DNA of 64,000 nucleotides from an uncultured Chlorobiaceae bacterium (GTDB taxonomy: Bacteria > Bacteroidota > Ignavibacteria > UBA10030 > SZUA-254), in NCBI GenBank assembly GCA_964512655.1, contig CAZEJT010000003.1:183719-247718 (forward strand), in the 5' to 3' direction. Position numbers and translations under genes: made by a program. The notes beneath the pieces are model-generated. The model ran no database searches, was not told the DNA's origin, and saw only the letters and a program-made list of their open reading frames with translations. This document shows, piece after piece, positions 10,843 through 21,914 of the stretch (positions within the stretch are counted from its first letter, which is position 1; each line of letters starts with the position of its first letter).

Positions 10843-11553
10843 TCATGGTCGGACTATGACTATCTTCTTATCAACGAGACCCATCGGATCTATCCCATCG
10901 ATCACAAGAGGGTACAAATCGATCCGCCGGGGCTTGAGCTTTATCCTGGCCTGGTCCACTTCCTGAGTGAGATCTCCACCCTTTAAAAGGATAATCGCTC
11001 CCCGATCAAGGGACCTGCCCCGGTGTGAGCCTTCGGAACCCTCTCCGGCCGAGGAGCTCTTGAGTAGGGGGGTGCCCCATTTCACGATCTCGGAGATGCT
11101 TCCCACCCCGCGTGCGATTACGTAGTCGTACGAATTACGGTATGGAGCCGATTTGTTCAGCTCCTCTATCCGGCCACAGACCGCCTTTACTCCCTTCAGC
11201 TTTAACGTGGCTATTATCTCGGTAACCGCCCGGATCTTCTTCTGAATCGAATCGATCAGAGTGACGTTCAAACGGTCTGCGAGGATTCCGAGGGGAATGC
11301 CGGGAAGACCACCCCCGGTCCCGATGTCAACTATCGAACTCTCTGGCAAAAGATCGTACTTGAATAACAGAGCTGCCGAGGCCAGGACATGCCGCTCCCA
11401 GATACCTTCCTCGTCACGACGAGAGATCAGATTTATTTTCTTGTTCCAATCAAGAAGTGACTCAACATATTGGTGTAGCAAATTCGCCTGATCATCGGAG
11501 ACCGAAAACCCGTTCTTCTTACAAATTGTCCTGAACTCCGTGAGTGTTTCCAT
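10843..11553 (-). CDS. rsmG: 16S rRNA (guanine527-N7)-methyltransferase RsmG (GidB)
   Basis: SAM-binding motif VDIGTGGGLPGIPL and conserved gene order next to mnmG. Confidence 0.9.
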   Translation of the reverse strand: METLTEFRTICKKNGFSVSDDQANLLHQYVESLLDWNKKINLISRRDEEGIWERHVLASAALLFKYDLLPESSIVDIGTGGGLPGIPLGILADRLNVTLIDSIQKKIRAVTEIIATLKLKGVKAVCGRIEELNKSAPYRNSYDYVIARGVGSISEIVKWGTPLLKSSSAGEGSEGSHRGRSLDRGAIILLKGGDLTQEVDQARIKLKPRRIDLYPLVIDGIDPMGLVDKKIVIVRP

Positions 11554-11612
11554 AACATCTTGTTTTTACAGGATTTATGGAAGCATATTCCACGTGAAAC
11601 AGGGCGGACTAC

Positions 11613-13499
11613 TCACCGCTTCAATTGCACCATGAGGACTGATAGATCCGCTGGCGTTACGCCGCTGACGCGAGAAGCCTGCCCGACCGTAGAAGGTTTG
11701 AACTTCGTGAGCTTCTCCCTCCCCTCTGTTGATAATGATGTGATAGATGCGAAGTCGTATTCATCAGGTATCGTCATAGACTCAACTTTTTCGAAGTTCC
11801 TGATCTGGTCGTTTTGCTGTTTGATATATCCCTCGTACTTGGTCTCTATCTCCAATTGCTCAATTACCTCGTTTTTCAGCCTCCCGTCTGAAAGGTTCAA
11901 CAATTTATCGACATATCCACATGCGCGTGACTCTATGGTCTTCAGCAGGTCCTTGAGATCCACCTCCGGTCTTCGCGCTACCTGGCCTAGCCTTTCCTTT
12001 TGGGTAATTGTGGAGCTCTGGCGGCTCTCCAAGTACGGATTGATTTCGGCGGGTAGACACCCCTCATTCTCAAGGTAATCAATCCCCTCCTTGACGAGGG
12101 CCTCCTTAAGCTGCAGGCGATCATGGGCTGATTGGGAAACCAGGCCGAGTTCGAACCCCTTCCTGGTAAGGCGTCTATCTGCATTGTCTTGCCTAAGGAG
12201 CAACCTGTATTCGGCTCTCGAGGTGAACATCCTGTATGGTTCTTCGGTACTCTTGCTTACAAGATCATCTATCATCACGCCGATATATGCCTCCGAACGC
12301 CTCAAAATGAACGGATTTTGCCCCTTTGCCTCCCTGGCGGCATTGATTCCAGCCATCAGCCCTTGCCCCCCTGCCTCTTCGTATCCGGATGTCCCGCAAA
12401 TTTGACCCGCAAAAAAGAGGCCATCGATCAGTTTGGTCTCCATTGTGGGCTTGATCTGATGAGGCGGGAAATAGTCGTACTCGACGGCATAGCCCGGCCG
12501 AAGCATGCGAACGTCTTCAAGCCCTGGAATTGTCTTTAGGCCCTCGTATTGTACTTCAGAAGGTAGACTGGTGGAGAAGCCGTTAACGTATACAGTCTTG
12601 GTGTTGTAGCCTTCTGGCTCCAGGAAGATCTGATGGCTACCCTTGTCCGCAAATCGAACAATCTTATCCTCGATCGAAGGACAATACCTTGGACCTATCC
12701 CCTTTATCCTGCCCGTGAACATGGGGGATCGGTCGAACCCCTTCCTCAGCGCCTGATGGGTGCGCCCATTAGTATGGGTAAGGTACATAGGTATCAATGG
12801 GTTCGAAATTCGCTCATTTTGGAAGGAAAATGGCTGAGGCGGGTCATCGCTGTGTTGCTCTTCGAGCTCGTCAAGCCTGATGCTGTCCAGGTCAATTCTT
12901 GGCGGAGTGCCTGTCTTGAGCCGCCCACTCAGAAACCCTAGAGCAACAAGGTTCTCTGTAACACCACTTGAGGGGGCCTCTCCCGCCCGCCCGCCGGCAA
13001 CCTGATCTAGGCCTGTATGCATCAAGCCCCGCAGGAAGGTCCCGGCACAGAGTATTAAGCATCTACAGCTAATAGTATGCCCCCGGCCGGTAGTTAAGCC
13101 TTTGAGCAGCCTCTTCCCGGGGACTCCGTTCTGGGAAGTGAGAACCGCTGCGAGAGAATCCTCAAGGATTTCAAGGTTTTCCTGTGATTCGAGCCTTTTC
13201 CTGGCCTCCAAGGAGTACAATTCTCGATCGTTTTGGCATCTTGGGGACCATACTGCGGGGCCTTTGGACTTGTTTAGCATCTTGAATTGGATCCCGGTAG
13301 CATCGGCTATTTTCCCCATTTCCCCGCCGAGAGCGTCGATCTCACGCACCAAATGGCCCTTGGCAGTGCCTCCTATCGCAGGGTTGCATGACATGCGCCC
13401 GATGGATTTCCTATCCATTGTCAATAGCGCCGTGCTGCACCCCATCCGGGCCGAAGCAAGCGCGGCTTCAATACCCGCGTGCCCGCCACCGACGACCAC
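11613..13499 (-). CDS. mnmG: tRNA uridine-5-carboxymethylaminomethyl modification enzyme MnmG (GidA)
   Basis: FAD-binding VVGGGHAG. Upstream in frame the peptide reads …LKSYYDIVVVGGGHAG with no ATG, so the true start may be a few codons upstream (GTG at 13499, or CTG). Confidence 0.93.
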   Translation of the reverse strand: MVVGGGHAGIEAALASARMGCSTALLTMDRKSIGRMSCNPAIGGTAKGHLVREIDALGGEMGKIADATGIQFKMLNKSKGPAVWSPRCQNDRELYSLEARKRLESQENLEILEDSLAAVLTSQNGVPGKRLLKGLTTGRGHTISCRCLILCAGTFLRGLMHTGLDQVAGGRAGEAPSSGVTENLVALGFLSGRLKTGTPPRIDLDSIRLDELEEQHSDDPPQPFSFQNERISNPLIPMYLTHTNGRTHQALRKGFDRSPMFTGRIKGIGPRYCPSIEDKIVRFADKGSHQIFLEPEGYNTKTVYVNGFSTSLPSEVQYEGLKTIPGLEDVRMLRPGYAVEYDYFPPHQIKPTMETKLIDGLFFAGQICGTSGYEEAGGQGLMAGINAAREAKGQNPFILRRSEAYIGVMIDDLVSKSTEEPYRMFTSRAEYRLLLRQDNADRRLTRKGFELGLVSQSAHDRLQLKEALVKEGIDYLENEGCLPAEINPYLESRQSSTITQKERLGQVARRPEVDLKDLLKTIESRACGYVDKLLNLSDGRLKNEVIEQLEIETKYEGYIKQQNDQIRNFEKVESMTIPDEYDFASITSLSTEGREKLTKFKPSTVGQASRVSGVTPADLSVLMVQLKR

Positions 13500-13561
13500 T
13501 ATGTCATAATAGGATTTCAGGCCAGTGCCCTCTAATACATTTGTTCCACGTGAAACAACAC

Positions 13562-14956
13562 CTACTTCCCGATACAGAACTTGGCAAAGATAGCGTTTAG
13601 AATCTCGTCCGAGGCCACTGTCCCTATGATCTCACCAAGGCTATCCAGAGCAAGCCTGACCCCAACGGCTACCAGTTCGTTACTCTTCCCCTGGCAAAGG
13701 TCCTGCTTCGCCTTGGAAAGATGTTCAGAGGCCTTCGAGAAACTGTCTTTCTGGCGCTCGTTCGTGACAATTAGGCTCTTCTCGGGGCTCGAACCATTGC
13801 CGTGTAAGGCGGTCGAATACAAGAGTTCTCTGAATTCCTCAAGCCCCTCCAACGTTCTTGCTGAGAGATATGTTACCGGAAGTCCTAGACGGCACTTTGG
13901 AAGCTCAAGTCGCCATCCTGGCTTCAGATCGGTTTTGTTAACCGCGAGGACAATGCGCCGGCTGTCGGTCCCTTCCTCCTTCAACTTGCTGAGTATGGAC
14001 CACTCGCCCTCTGAGACGCTTCCTGCCTCAACGACGAAAGCGACGATGTCCGCCTGACTTAACTCCTTCTGAGTTCGCAGGATACCTTCTCTCTCAACCA
14101 GGTCATCGCTCTCCCTGAGGCCCGCTGTGTCAGTGAGGGTACATAGAAGTCCACCGATGTTGAAAGTTTCGTGGATAACATCTCGTGTGGTCCCGGGAAT
14201 CTCTGTGACAATCGCTCGATCTTCGGATAGTAACGCATTGAGAATACTTGATTTGCCAACGTTCGGCCGGCCGATCAGAACAACTCTTACACCTTCTCGA
14301 TAGAGCTTTCCGTACTTGTAGGAATCGACTAAGGAGGAGATCTCCCCAAGAATAGCTATTAAACTATTGTTTATAATAGCTTTATCTGCAATTTCAATCC
14401 CCTCCTCCGCAAAGTCGAGTTCAAGTTCGAGAAGGCCGCAGAGATGAATGAGTCTTTCACGGAGTTCACCGACTTTGGAAGACAGCCGACCCTGAAGTTG
14501 CATCATCGAAACACGCAAAGAATCTTCTGATCGCGCTTTAATTAGATCTGCAACTGCTTCCGCTTGTGAAAGATCGATTCTGCCGTTGAGAAAGGCTCTC
14601 TTGGTGAATTCCCCGGGCTCGGCGGACCGGGCACCGCTCTGGAGGAGGGACGCGAGGATTTTGCCGGTCAAGTACATCCCCCCGTGACAGCTGATTTCTA
14701 CCGTATCTTCTCCGGTATAGGATCCCGGCGCCCTGAAGACGGTTGCAACAACCTCGTCGATTACTTCTCCGGCGATGTCCGTGAAATCGCCGAAGTGGAC
14801 CGTGTGCGTAGGAGCCAATGACAGGGTTCCCCCCTTGCGGAATCTACTGTCGCAGAGCTCGATGGCCCCCTTCCCGCTGACGCGAAGGACAGAAATACCC
14901 CCCTCCCCAATGGGGGTAGCGATGGCGGCAATAATATCGTCCTGGGGAGTCATCAC
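13562..14956 (-). CDS. mnmE: tRNA modification GTPase MnmE (TrmE)
   Basis: N-terminal IAAIATPIGEGGISVLRVSG, G-domain GRPNVGKSSILN, and the conserved C-terminal FCIGK. Confidence 0.95.
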   Translation of the reverse strand: MMTPQDDIIAAIATPIGEGGISVLRVSGKGAIELCDSRFRKGGTLSLAPTHTVHFGDFTDIAGEVIDEVVATVFRAPGSYTGEDTVEISCHGGMYLTGKILASLLQSGARSAEPGEFTKRAFLNGRIDLSQAEAVADLIKARSEDSLRVSMMQLQGRLSSKVGELRERLIHLCGLLELELDFAEEGIEIADKAIINNSLIAILGEISSLVDSYKYGKLYREGVRVVLIGRPNVGKSSILNALLSEDRAIVTEIPGTTRDVIHETFNIGGLLCTLTDTAGLRESDDLVEREGILRTQKELSQADIVAFVVEAGSVSEGEWSILSKLKEEGTDSRRIVLAVNKTDLKPGWRLELPKCRLGLPVTYLSARTLEGLEEFRELLYSTALHGNGSSPEKSLIVTNERQKDSFSKASEHLSKAKQDLCQGKSNELVAVGVRLALDSLGEIIGTVASDEILNAIFAKFCIGK

Positions 14957-15160
14957 TGAATTGGATAGGGAGACTGGCCTCTGAATTTAGGAAACTAGGC
15001 CAAAAGAAACAACGAGCTGTCCATGAACTTTCCTTCGGTTGTGCATGAGCCGGGAGTTGGGTAGATTTAGTGAAGAGGTATCTGACTGCCAGGGGGCGGC
15101 CGGGGGCCGGCGATCGTTTTGGATCACCGCACGGAACTACCTCCAGGGCTCAGAGAATTC

Positions 15161-15670
15161 ATGCGCGTGTTGGCGAGCATATCGGTGTGCTTTTTCTTGT
15201 TGGGATGCAGCGAGGAAGAAACATTCGTCCAATACCCCAGACCCAACATCGAGCTCAACGGCAGCGCCTCGCCTGTAACAGGAAGTGCGCTGACCCCGGT
15301 CACGGTTAGGGTGAGCGTCGTAAACAGTGGGAACCTTCGCAGGATATGCTATTCCGGTTGCGGTTATCTGACCCCCGGAATTACCTATCACCTTTATGAT
15401 CCCTACTTCAGGGAGGTCTATCTCTCCAATCCGCTGACCCGGCCCTATTGCGCGGACTTTGTTGAGCATTTCTATCCGAGCAAGACATTCGAGGGCACCT
15501 TCATAATCGACGGAACAATCTTTACCGCACAGGGAGATTCATCGGCTATGAAGCCTGGCACGTACTCCGTCATCATTGAGTTCACTTCCTGGGCCGAGGA
15601 AAACCCTTCCGGGGCAAGCGTCCTCGTAGAACAGAAGCTGCTCACGGTGGGTTGGAAATCGACGAAATGA
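15161..15670 (+). CDS. Paralogous lipoprotein family member 1 (possible BsuPI-like beta-sandwich; candidate protease-associated protein)
   Basis: ATG at the MRVL… signal with lipobox FLLGC. Conserved blocks RICYSGCGYL, YDPYF, PGTYSVIIEFTSWAEENPS and KLLTVGWK are shared with two paralogs. A conserved 45-bp leader lies upstream. Confidence 0.7.
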   Translation: MRVLASISVCFFLLGCSEEETFVQYPRPNIELNGSASPVTGSALTPVTVRVSVVNSGNLRRICYSGCGYLTPGITYHLYDPYFREVYLSNPLTRPYCADFVEHFYPSKTFEGTFIIDGTIFTAQGDSSAMKPGTYSVIIEFTSWAEENPSGASVLVEQKLLTVGWKSTK

Positions 15671-15761
15671 TCTGGGCTAAGGAGTGGAATACTCCGAGGA
15701 GGTAGCAATGGCAGCAACAACAGTATCGAGTGGAGTCATCGCAAGATTGAGCGTAGGTATC

Positions 15762-16271
15762 ATGCGGGTGGCGATGAGCATATCATTGTGCTTCTTGTTG
15801 TTGGGGTGCAATCAGGACGTGTTAACCGTTCCACCCGATACACTCGGCATCGAGCTCACTGTCACTCGTTCACCCACAGTGGGCAGCGTCACCAGCCCGG
15901 TGACCATCACGGCGCGCGTGAACAACCGGGGTGTATCGACGCGGATTTGTTTTTCAGGTTGCGACTATCTGATCACCGGGATAGCCTTTCGTATCTATGA
16001 TCCCTACTTCCAAGAGGTTTTTCTCTACAACCCGACGACGTGGCCGCATTGTGCAAACTATCGTGTGTCGTTCCATCCGGGTGAGAAAATCCAGGGTGCG
16101 TTCACATTCGACGGAACGCTCTATGATGTCCGTGGAGATACGCTTACGATGGGCGGGGGTACTTACACCGTCCTCATCGAATTCACTTCCTGGGCGGAGG
16201 AGAATCCATCCGATACAAATCGGCTCGACGTTGAGAAGCTGATTACATTTGACTGGAAAACGGGGGGATAA
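15762..16271 (+). CDS. Paralogous lipoprotein family member 2 (tandem copy)
   Basis: MRVAMSISLCFLLLGC lipobox, with RICFSGCDYLITG, YDPYFQEVFLYNP, GGTYTVLIEFTSWAEENPS and KLITFDWKTGG. About 70% identical to copy 3 and about 45% to copy 1. Confidence 0.75.
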   Translation: MRVAMSISLCFLLLGCNQDVLTVPPDTLGIELTVTRSPTVGSVTSPVTITARVNNRGVSTRICFSGCDYLITGIAFRIYDPYFQEVFLYNPTTWPHCANYRVSFHPGEKIQGAFTFDGTLYDVRGDTLTMGGGTYTVLIEFTSWAEENPSDTNRLDVEKLITFDWKTGG

Positions 16272-16314
16272 TCCGGGGACACCTTCAATTGGCTTCATTC
16301 CCTCGAATGAAAAA

Positions 16315-16341
16315 GTCCCAACCGGCGCGTCCGGTTGGGAC
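16315..16341. terminator. Bidirectional hairpin terminator between lipoprotein copy 2 and the convergent ECF sigma gene
   Basis: 11-bp perfect stem gtcccaaccgg / ccggttgggac with a cgcgt loop, and AAAAA on the + side (a T-run for the minus-strand gene). The same element recurs after copy 3. Confidence 0.6.
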
Positions 16342-16351
16342 TTACTACAAT

Positions 16352-17233
16352 TTACTGGAGGACGGCCAGATCGATTCTGTTAAGCCGGGTGGGGTCAGCA
16401 ACAACCTCGAGTTTGACTACCTTTCCGTTTGCGATCGTGAATTCAAGAACAACCTGCAAATCACCTCTCGGGGCGACGATAATTCCCACGGCGCCATTCA
16501 CTAGTCCAATTTGACCAAACCGGGCGCGCCCGGAGAAAGCGACAGCTACCTTCGCCACGCTTTCCGCGCCACGGATCTCCGTTGCCAACCCGGAGGGTGA
16601 TGCGCTGGCATCGGCCCTCAGTTCGACATCGGGATCAAGAACCGCTATCAAGCCCGCAACATTTCCTTCACGTGCAGCTTCAAGAAAGGCATTCACCGCT
16701 TTTTGTTGGTCTTCAATTTCACCCGACGATGTCTTGGGAGTACCCTGGACGCGGCGTCGCGCACGACTGGCAAGCTGGCGCGTTGCAGTCGTTGAACGTT
16801 GCACGATAGGCGCGATGGCATCGAAAGGGTACTCAAAAACATCATGCAGCACGAATGCGACACGCTCTGCGGGCGTCAGAGTCTTCAGGACGACGAGCAG
16901 GGCAAGACCTACCGACTCCGCCAATGCCGATTCAGCCTCAGGATTCATCGACGTGTATGAAGGCATGGTCCTATCGAACTCGTGAAACTCGAGCGATTCT
17001 TCCCGGCGTGATTTCCGAGCACGGAGCATGTCCAGGCAGATGCGCGCGGTGACGGTTGTCAGCCATCCCTCCAGGTTCTCGACTCTGTTTATGTCGGCAT
17101 TTCTCAACCGTATCCACGCCTCCTGAACGGCATCCTCCGCTTCGGGTAACGAGCCAAGAATCCGGTACGCGATTGCCCGCAGACGGGGCCTCTGGCTCTC
17201 AAATCTCTCGACCAACGACTCTTCTCTCTTCAT
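16352..17233 (-). CDS. ECF-type RNA polymerase sigma factor with C-terminal extension (ECF41/SigJ-like)
   Basis: Region 2 AVQEAWIRL and region 4 TARICLDMLRARK are present. About 290 aa, with a ~100-aa C-terminal (SnoaL-like) extension typical of ECF41-type sigma factors. Confidence 0.8.
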   Translation of the reverse strand: MKREESLVERFESQRPRLRAIAYRILGSLPEAEDAVQEAWIRLRNADINRVENLEGWLTTVTARICLDMLRARKSRREESLEFHEFDRTMPSYTSMNPEAESALAESVGLALLVVLKTLTPAERVAFVLHDVFEYPFDAIAPIVQRSTTATRQLASRARRRVQGTPKTSSGEIEDQQKAVNAFLEAAREGNVAGLIAVLDPDVELRADASASPSGLATEIRGAESVAKVAVAFSGRARFGQIGLVNGAVGIIVAPRGDLQVVLEFTIANGKVVKLEVVADPTRLNRIDLAVLQ

Positions 17234-17303
17234 CCGTCACATTTTCTCGTCCTGCCGCGTCATTCAGTTATGGTACAATAATGACGAATCTAAACCAATT
17301 GAT

Positions 17304-17993
17304 GTGACAAGGAATATGGACACCGCCCGTACTTCACTTATTAATGATCAACGAGACCCGCACAATATTTTGGTGATCGGGGCCAATGGCGGAATCGGAA
17401 GGCAGGTTGTGGAGATGGCCCTGAAGGAGGGTTTCAAGGTGACGGCGCTTCTTCGGACACCATCCAACCTGGGCCTTCGGCACGACAACCTTGAGATAGT
17501 GCAGGGTGACGTCATGCGCCCTGAAACCATCGAACCACATTTTGCCGGGAAGGATGTTGTAATTTCTGCCATCGGAAAGGATTCCCTGAAGCAGACCACT
17601 CTCTATTCCCAAGGCGTAAGGAATGTGATCGCCGCAATGAAGAATGCGCGGACACAGCGGGGCTTCTTCATCTCGGCCTCAGGACTGGAGGTGAATCCCT
17701 CCCACTCATGGGCGGTCCGATCCCTCACCAAATATGTTTTGCAGAATCTGCTGAAGAACATGTACGATGATCTTCGTAGAATGGAAACCCTCATAAAGGT
17801 TAGTGCCGTGAATTGGACAATTGTTCGTCCACCGCGGCTCCTCAACAAGCCGTCTGTGGGAAAATACCGGGTTGCCGTCGACAGATTCTTGCAGCATTGC
17901 CTTACAATTTCGCGAGCCGACGTAGCTCATTACATCATTCACAACTTGAAAAATGAGTTCACGTATCGAACAACTGTTGAAATTGCCTATTAG
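17304..17993 (+). CDS. NAD(P)H-binding SDR/NmrA-like oxidoreductase
   Basis: Rossmann motif ILVIGANGGIGRQVV and about 220 aa. The start is uncertain (GTG at 17304 or ATG at 17316). It is divergent from the ECF sigma gene, a common ECF41 neighbourhood. Confidence 0.7.
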   Translation: MTRNMDTARTSLINDQRDPHNILVIGANGGIGRQVVEMALKEGFKVTALLRTPSNLGLRHDNLEIVQGDVMRPETIEPHFAGKDVVISAIGKDSLKQTTLYSQGVRNVIAAMKNARTQRGFFISASGLEVNPSHSWAVRSLTKYVLQNLLKNMYDDLRRMETLIKVSAVNWTIVRPPRLLNKPSVGKYRVAVDRFLQHCLTISRADVAHYIIHNLKNEFTYRTTVEIAY

Positions 17994-18285
17994 ACCCAGG
18001 CCCCCCATACACGCCGCCACAGGTTCATGACGCGATCTGCCTCCCGAATCGTGATCCAGTTGGGATTCTTGAATATCCCGTCATCCTGAAGCCTGCTCCC
18101 GCTAAACTATATGCCCCAACAAGCGTACACAAGTTGGGACTATCTGTAGTACATATAGTCTAGGCCCTCATACCAGTGCGGGATAAGGAGGGATATCCGG
18201 GAACCTCCTTGCCTGAATCCTTCCCGGTACGGATTTTGCAGTATCGCCCGCGGTTACAATTACTCGATCTGAATTCTGAAGTAGG

Positions 18286-21200
18286 GTGTACAGAATCATG
18301 AGGAGGTTTCTCGAACTTCTTGTCTTGATCATCACACCGACGATCCTTCTCGCCGGTGGATATCCGTCGTCTGGTGATTCCACCCGCCGGGCACTGATGT
18401 CCATGGACAGCGCGAGGAGGGCAGAGGAACAGAGGCTCGGAGCGCTGCAGAAGGTAATCGTTGAGTTCAACGACGAGCCAATGTTCCTGGCCCGTAGGGA
18501 GCCGCATCCTCCTTTCAAGGCGAGATCGTCGGATTCCTACCTGGCACGCTTTTCACAATTCGGCGCCGATGCAGCTGCTATCACAAGGACATTTCGCTCC
18601 GCAACATCGGATCGCGTAGGAATCCGTCATCGGTACTACAAGGCGTTCTTCGGCGTCAGTGCCACGGTCCCCGGCAGGATATTACCGGCGCTCAGGCGCC
18701 TTGCGTACGTTAGGGGAGTCTATCCCGATGGTGAGGTGCACGCGACAATCGAGCCGGCGATCGAACTAATTGGCGCCCCGGCCGTCTGGGGGACACTCGG
18801 GACGCAGGGTGATAGTGTCCGCGTCGGAATCATCGATTCGGGGATCGATTATCTTCACCCGGCACTTGGCGGAGGGTTTGGACCCGGTTTTAAGGTCGCC
18901 GGGGGATACGATTTTGTGAATAATGACAAGGATCCGGCGGATGACAACGGGCATGGGACGCATGTCGCAGGCATTATCGCAGCGGACGCCGACACTGTAA
19001 AGGGGGTCGCTCCCCACTCGATTTTGTACGCTTACAAGGCTCTCAATGCGGCGGGGAGCGGCGCCGTAAGTGATATCATCGCTTCGATCGAACGCACCGT
19101 CGATCCGGATCAGAACGGGGATGACTCCGACAGGCTCGACATTGTGAACATGAGTATCGGGGGCCCCGGTGGGCCCGATGATCCGGGAAGCGTTGCAGTC
19201 GACAATGCGGTGCGGCTCGGGGTCACATTCTGTATCGCTGCGGGAAACACGGGGCACAAGATCCCAGTTCAAGGAAAGGAGAATAATTACTTTTATGATG
19301 GCTCCGAAACCATCAACAGCCCCGGGACGGCGGAGCTTGCAATCACCGTTGGGGCGTCTGACCTTTCGGATAACCTGGCCTTCTTCTCATCCCGTGGGCC
19401 GAACACAACGTCGTTCAGCATCAAGCCGGACGTTCTCGCGCCGGGAGTCGACATCAACTCGACGTATCCGCCTGCCGGGTTCAAGGTCCTGAGCGGCACG
19501 TCCATGGCCACCCCGATGGTTGCCGGAGTCGCTGCATTAATCAAGGGTGTCCACCGCTCCTGGACTCCGGCCATGATCAAGTCCGCGATCGTGAACAAAG
19601 CCAGAAATATCGGCCTCAACGCCTACCTGCAGGGGGGAGGGAGAGTACGGGCGATACAATCAGTATCAGCTAAGACGCTCGTTACCCCTTCCGCGTTGAG
19701 CTACGGATTGGACGACCCCGCAGCAGCCCCATGGTCGTTGCCTGAAACATTGCGCGTCTACAACACTCATTCATCGTCGCAGTCGTATGCAATCGATGTC
19801 GGGGGAATTGCATCCGGCATCTCGCTGAACGTGTCTCCTTCGAGTTTTTCCATCCCCGCACAAGACTCGGCCATGGTGATTGCCACCCTTACGGTGGATA
19901 ATGCGTTTGTGGCCATTGCTGATGAGGATATTCTCCGTTTTACCGGGCGCGTGATATTGAGCGGCACTGCCGATACCGCCGTTGTTCCATGGGCATTCGT
20001 GCGGACCAGCAGGCTGGTCATCACCACGAGCGAGCCGGATCCCTTTTTTATCGGCTACACAAATACCTTCGGCTTTATCAGCAACATGCAGAGGGTGAAC
20101 CGGACCAGTCCGACCCGAGCCGTGGTGTACGCTCCTGTCAAGGGCGCTTACGAGTTTTTCACCGTCTTCCGGAGTCCTGACGTGCCGCCCAGAATCGTCA
20201 TCAACGAAGGGGTTCCTGTCGTCACCGATGCTTCCGAGGTCTTCCTCGATGCGGCTCAAGCCGTCAATCCGCTGATCTTTCAGGGCGTTGATCAAGATGG
20301 TGCTTCTCTGGCGACGTACCGCGCACCACAGCACGCCGTTATTACTTCGCTCCCCAATTTCGGTGACTGGAACACTACGTTTTCCGGAGCCTCCGACACC
20401 GTGCTGATCTCCGGCGCGTCCGCGAGCCATTCCTTCAAACCGGTCGAACTCCAGATCGATCTTATGAAGACCATGACCTTCCACGTCGTGCAGTTCGAGA
20501 GATTCACGGGCATGACCGGCGCCAGGTTGGCGGTCAATTCTCCCGCGGATTTCATTCAAGAGCATTTCAAGGTCAAAGTTCCTCCCGGGACTATGTCGGC
20601 TGCGCAATTCACTACAATCTGGTCATACACCGACTTCGGGGGAATGGGGGGCTTCTCCGGGATTGGTGCCGATCTGGACACTCTCTCGGTGAACGGAGAT
20701 GAATATGCGTTCACAGGATATTTCGGAAAATCTCCCAGCCTCACGGAGGACGTGGCTCTAAAATTCTACTCGAGCTATTCCAATGTTCCGGCCCTTTCTC
20801 TCGACTATGAGTCGCCGTTTATCATGCCATACGGGGACAGTGTCGTGGTCACGGCGAGGGAGTTGGTCGACCCCGCTGTCCCCCGCTTCAAGAGCGGAGG
20901 GACGTTGACGTTCGGAGGGGCGCCGGCCCACCTGCTGATGGTGTGGAACAACAATATTATTGGGACGAACACGCTGTTCTTTCGGCCGATCTTTGAGGGA
21001 ATGCTCCGCGAGATCCGGTATCGTGATATCGTGGCCGGAACGTATAGCGTCTTTGACAAGAACGGCACGGAGCTCTTCACAAAACCCCTCGCTGAGCCGA
21101 GCCCTCCGCTTGAACTTACCGCAGACACCTATAAGGTCGTGGCGACATCGAGCAACTACTGGCTTCGCAGCATCCGGGGAACCCAGACACTCTCATCGGA

Positions 21201-21900
21201 ATTCAATCTCGGCGCCGGATTGGCGGCGAACCCTCAGAGCATTACATCGTTCATGCTTCTCGATTCGAATAATCAAACTACTGACACCTTCGTGAAAAAC
21301 GAGCCGGGGACTCTGCGCTTTTCTGTGAACGTGCTGAGCGATACAAACCATGTTCCACTGGCTGATTCCACCAAATCTTGGTACCGAAAGCACGGAACGG
21401 AACCGTGGATACCCCTTGCCCTGACGGAGATTGCGAAAGTGGCTGAAAGGGAGGGGAGAATCCTACAGGCGGATATCAGGGCGGCGACAGGGGAGGACTC
21501 GGTCGCGATTGATCTGAGGGTGGCGTCGAAGGGTATCAACGGATTTACAGTGGAGCAGATTGTTGCGCCCGCCTTCGCCGTTGGGAAATGGGATACACTT
21601 GTGACGGACGTGAAAACTCCCTCGCCACAGCTCCCGCTGCGATTCGCCCTCGAACAGAATTATCCGAATCCGTTCAATCCTTCAACGGTGATAAACTACG
21701 AAATCCCATCACGCGGCCGCGCGGTGATGAAGGTGTACGATGTGCTCGGCCGTGAAATGGTAACTCTGGTCGACCAGGAACAGGAGGCCGGCAGTCACAC
21801 TGTTTCCTGGAATGCATCCTCGATGCCGAGCGGCGTGTATTTCTATCGGCTTCAGATGCGCTCGAATATCGCTGCAAAGAAGCTGTTGCTACTCAGGTAG
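18286..21900 (+). CDS. Subtilisin-like (S8) serine peptidase, 1204 aa, with T9SS C-terminal sorting domain (paralog of 48..4811)
   Basis: Signal peptide, then a propeptide-like N-region. GIIDSGIDY (Asp), HGTHVAG (His) and [11 protein letters not shown] (Ser). [25 protein letters not shown]…GVYFYRL. Confidence 0.85.
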   Translation: MYRIMRRFLELLVLIITPTILLAGGYPSSGDSTRRALMSMDSARRAEEQRLGALQKVIVEFNDEPMFLARREPHPPFKARSSDSYLARFSQFGADAAAITRTFRSATSDRVGIRHRYYKAFFGVSATVPGRILPALRRLAYVRGVYPDGEVHATIEPAIELIGAPAVWGTLGTQGDSVRVGIIDSGIDYLHPALGGGFGPGFKVAGGYDFVNNDKDPADDNGHGTHVAGIIAADADTVKGVAPHSILYAYKALNAAGSGAVSDIIASIERTVDPDQNGDDSDRLDIVNMSIGGPGGPDDPGSVAVDNAVRLGVTFCIAAGNTGHKIPVQGKENNYFYDGSETINSPGTAELAITVGASDLSDNLAFFSSRGPNTTSFSIKPDVLAPGVDINSTYPPAGFKVLSGTSMATPMVAGVAALIKGVHRSWTPAMIKSAIVNKARNIGLNAYLQGGGRVRAIQSVSAKTLVTPSALSYGLDDPAAAPWSLPETLRVYNTHSSSQSYAIDVGGIASGISLNVSPSSFSIPAQDSAMVIATLTVDNAFVAIADEDILRFTGRVILSGTADTAVVPWAFVRTSRLVITTSEPDPFFIGYTNTFGFISNMQRVNRTSPTRAVVYAPVKGAYEFFTVFRSPDVPPRIVINEGVPVVTDASEVFLDAAQAVNPLIFQGVDQDGASLATYRAPQHAVITSLPNFGDWNTTFSGASDTVLISGASASHSFKPVELQIDLMKTMTFHVVQFERFTGMTGARLAVNSPADFIQEHFKVKVPPGTMSAAQFTTIWSYTDFGGMGGFSGIGADLDTLSVNGDEYAFTGYFGKSPSLTEDVALKFYSSYSNVPALSLDYESPFIMPYGDSVVVTARELVDPAVPRFKSGGTLTFGGAPAHLLMVWNNNIIGTNTLFFRPIFEGMLREIRYRDIVAGTYSVFDKNGTELFTKPLAEPSPPLELTADTYKVVATSSNYWLRSIRGTQTLSSEFNLGAGLAANPQSITSFMLLDSNNQTTDTFVKNEPGTLRFSVNVLSDTNHVPLADSTKSWYRKHGTEPWIPLALTEIAKVAEREGRILQADIRAATGEDSVAIDLRVASKGINGFTVEQIVAPAFAVGKWDTLVTDVKTPSPQLPLRFALEQNYPNPFNPSTVINYEIPSRGRAVMKVYDVLGREMVTLVDQEQEAGSHTVSWNASSMPSGVYFYRLQMRSNIAAKKLLLLR

Positions 21901-21914
21901 GTTGATGCGGCGTT

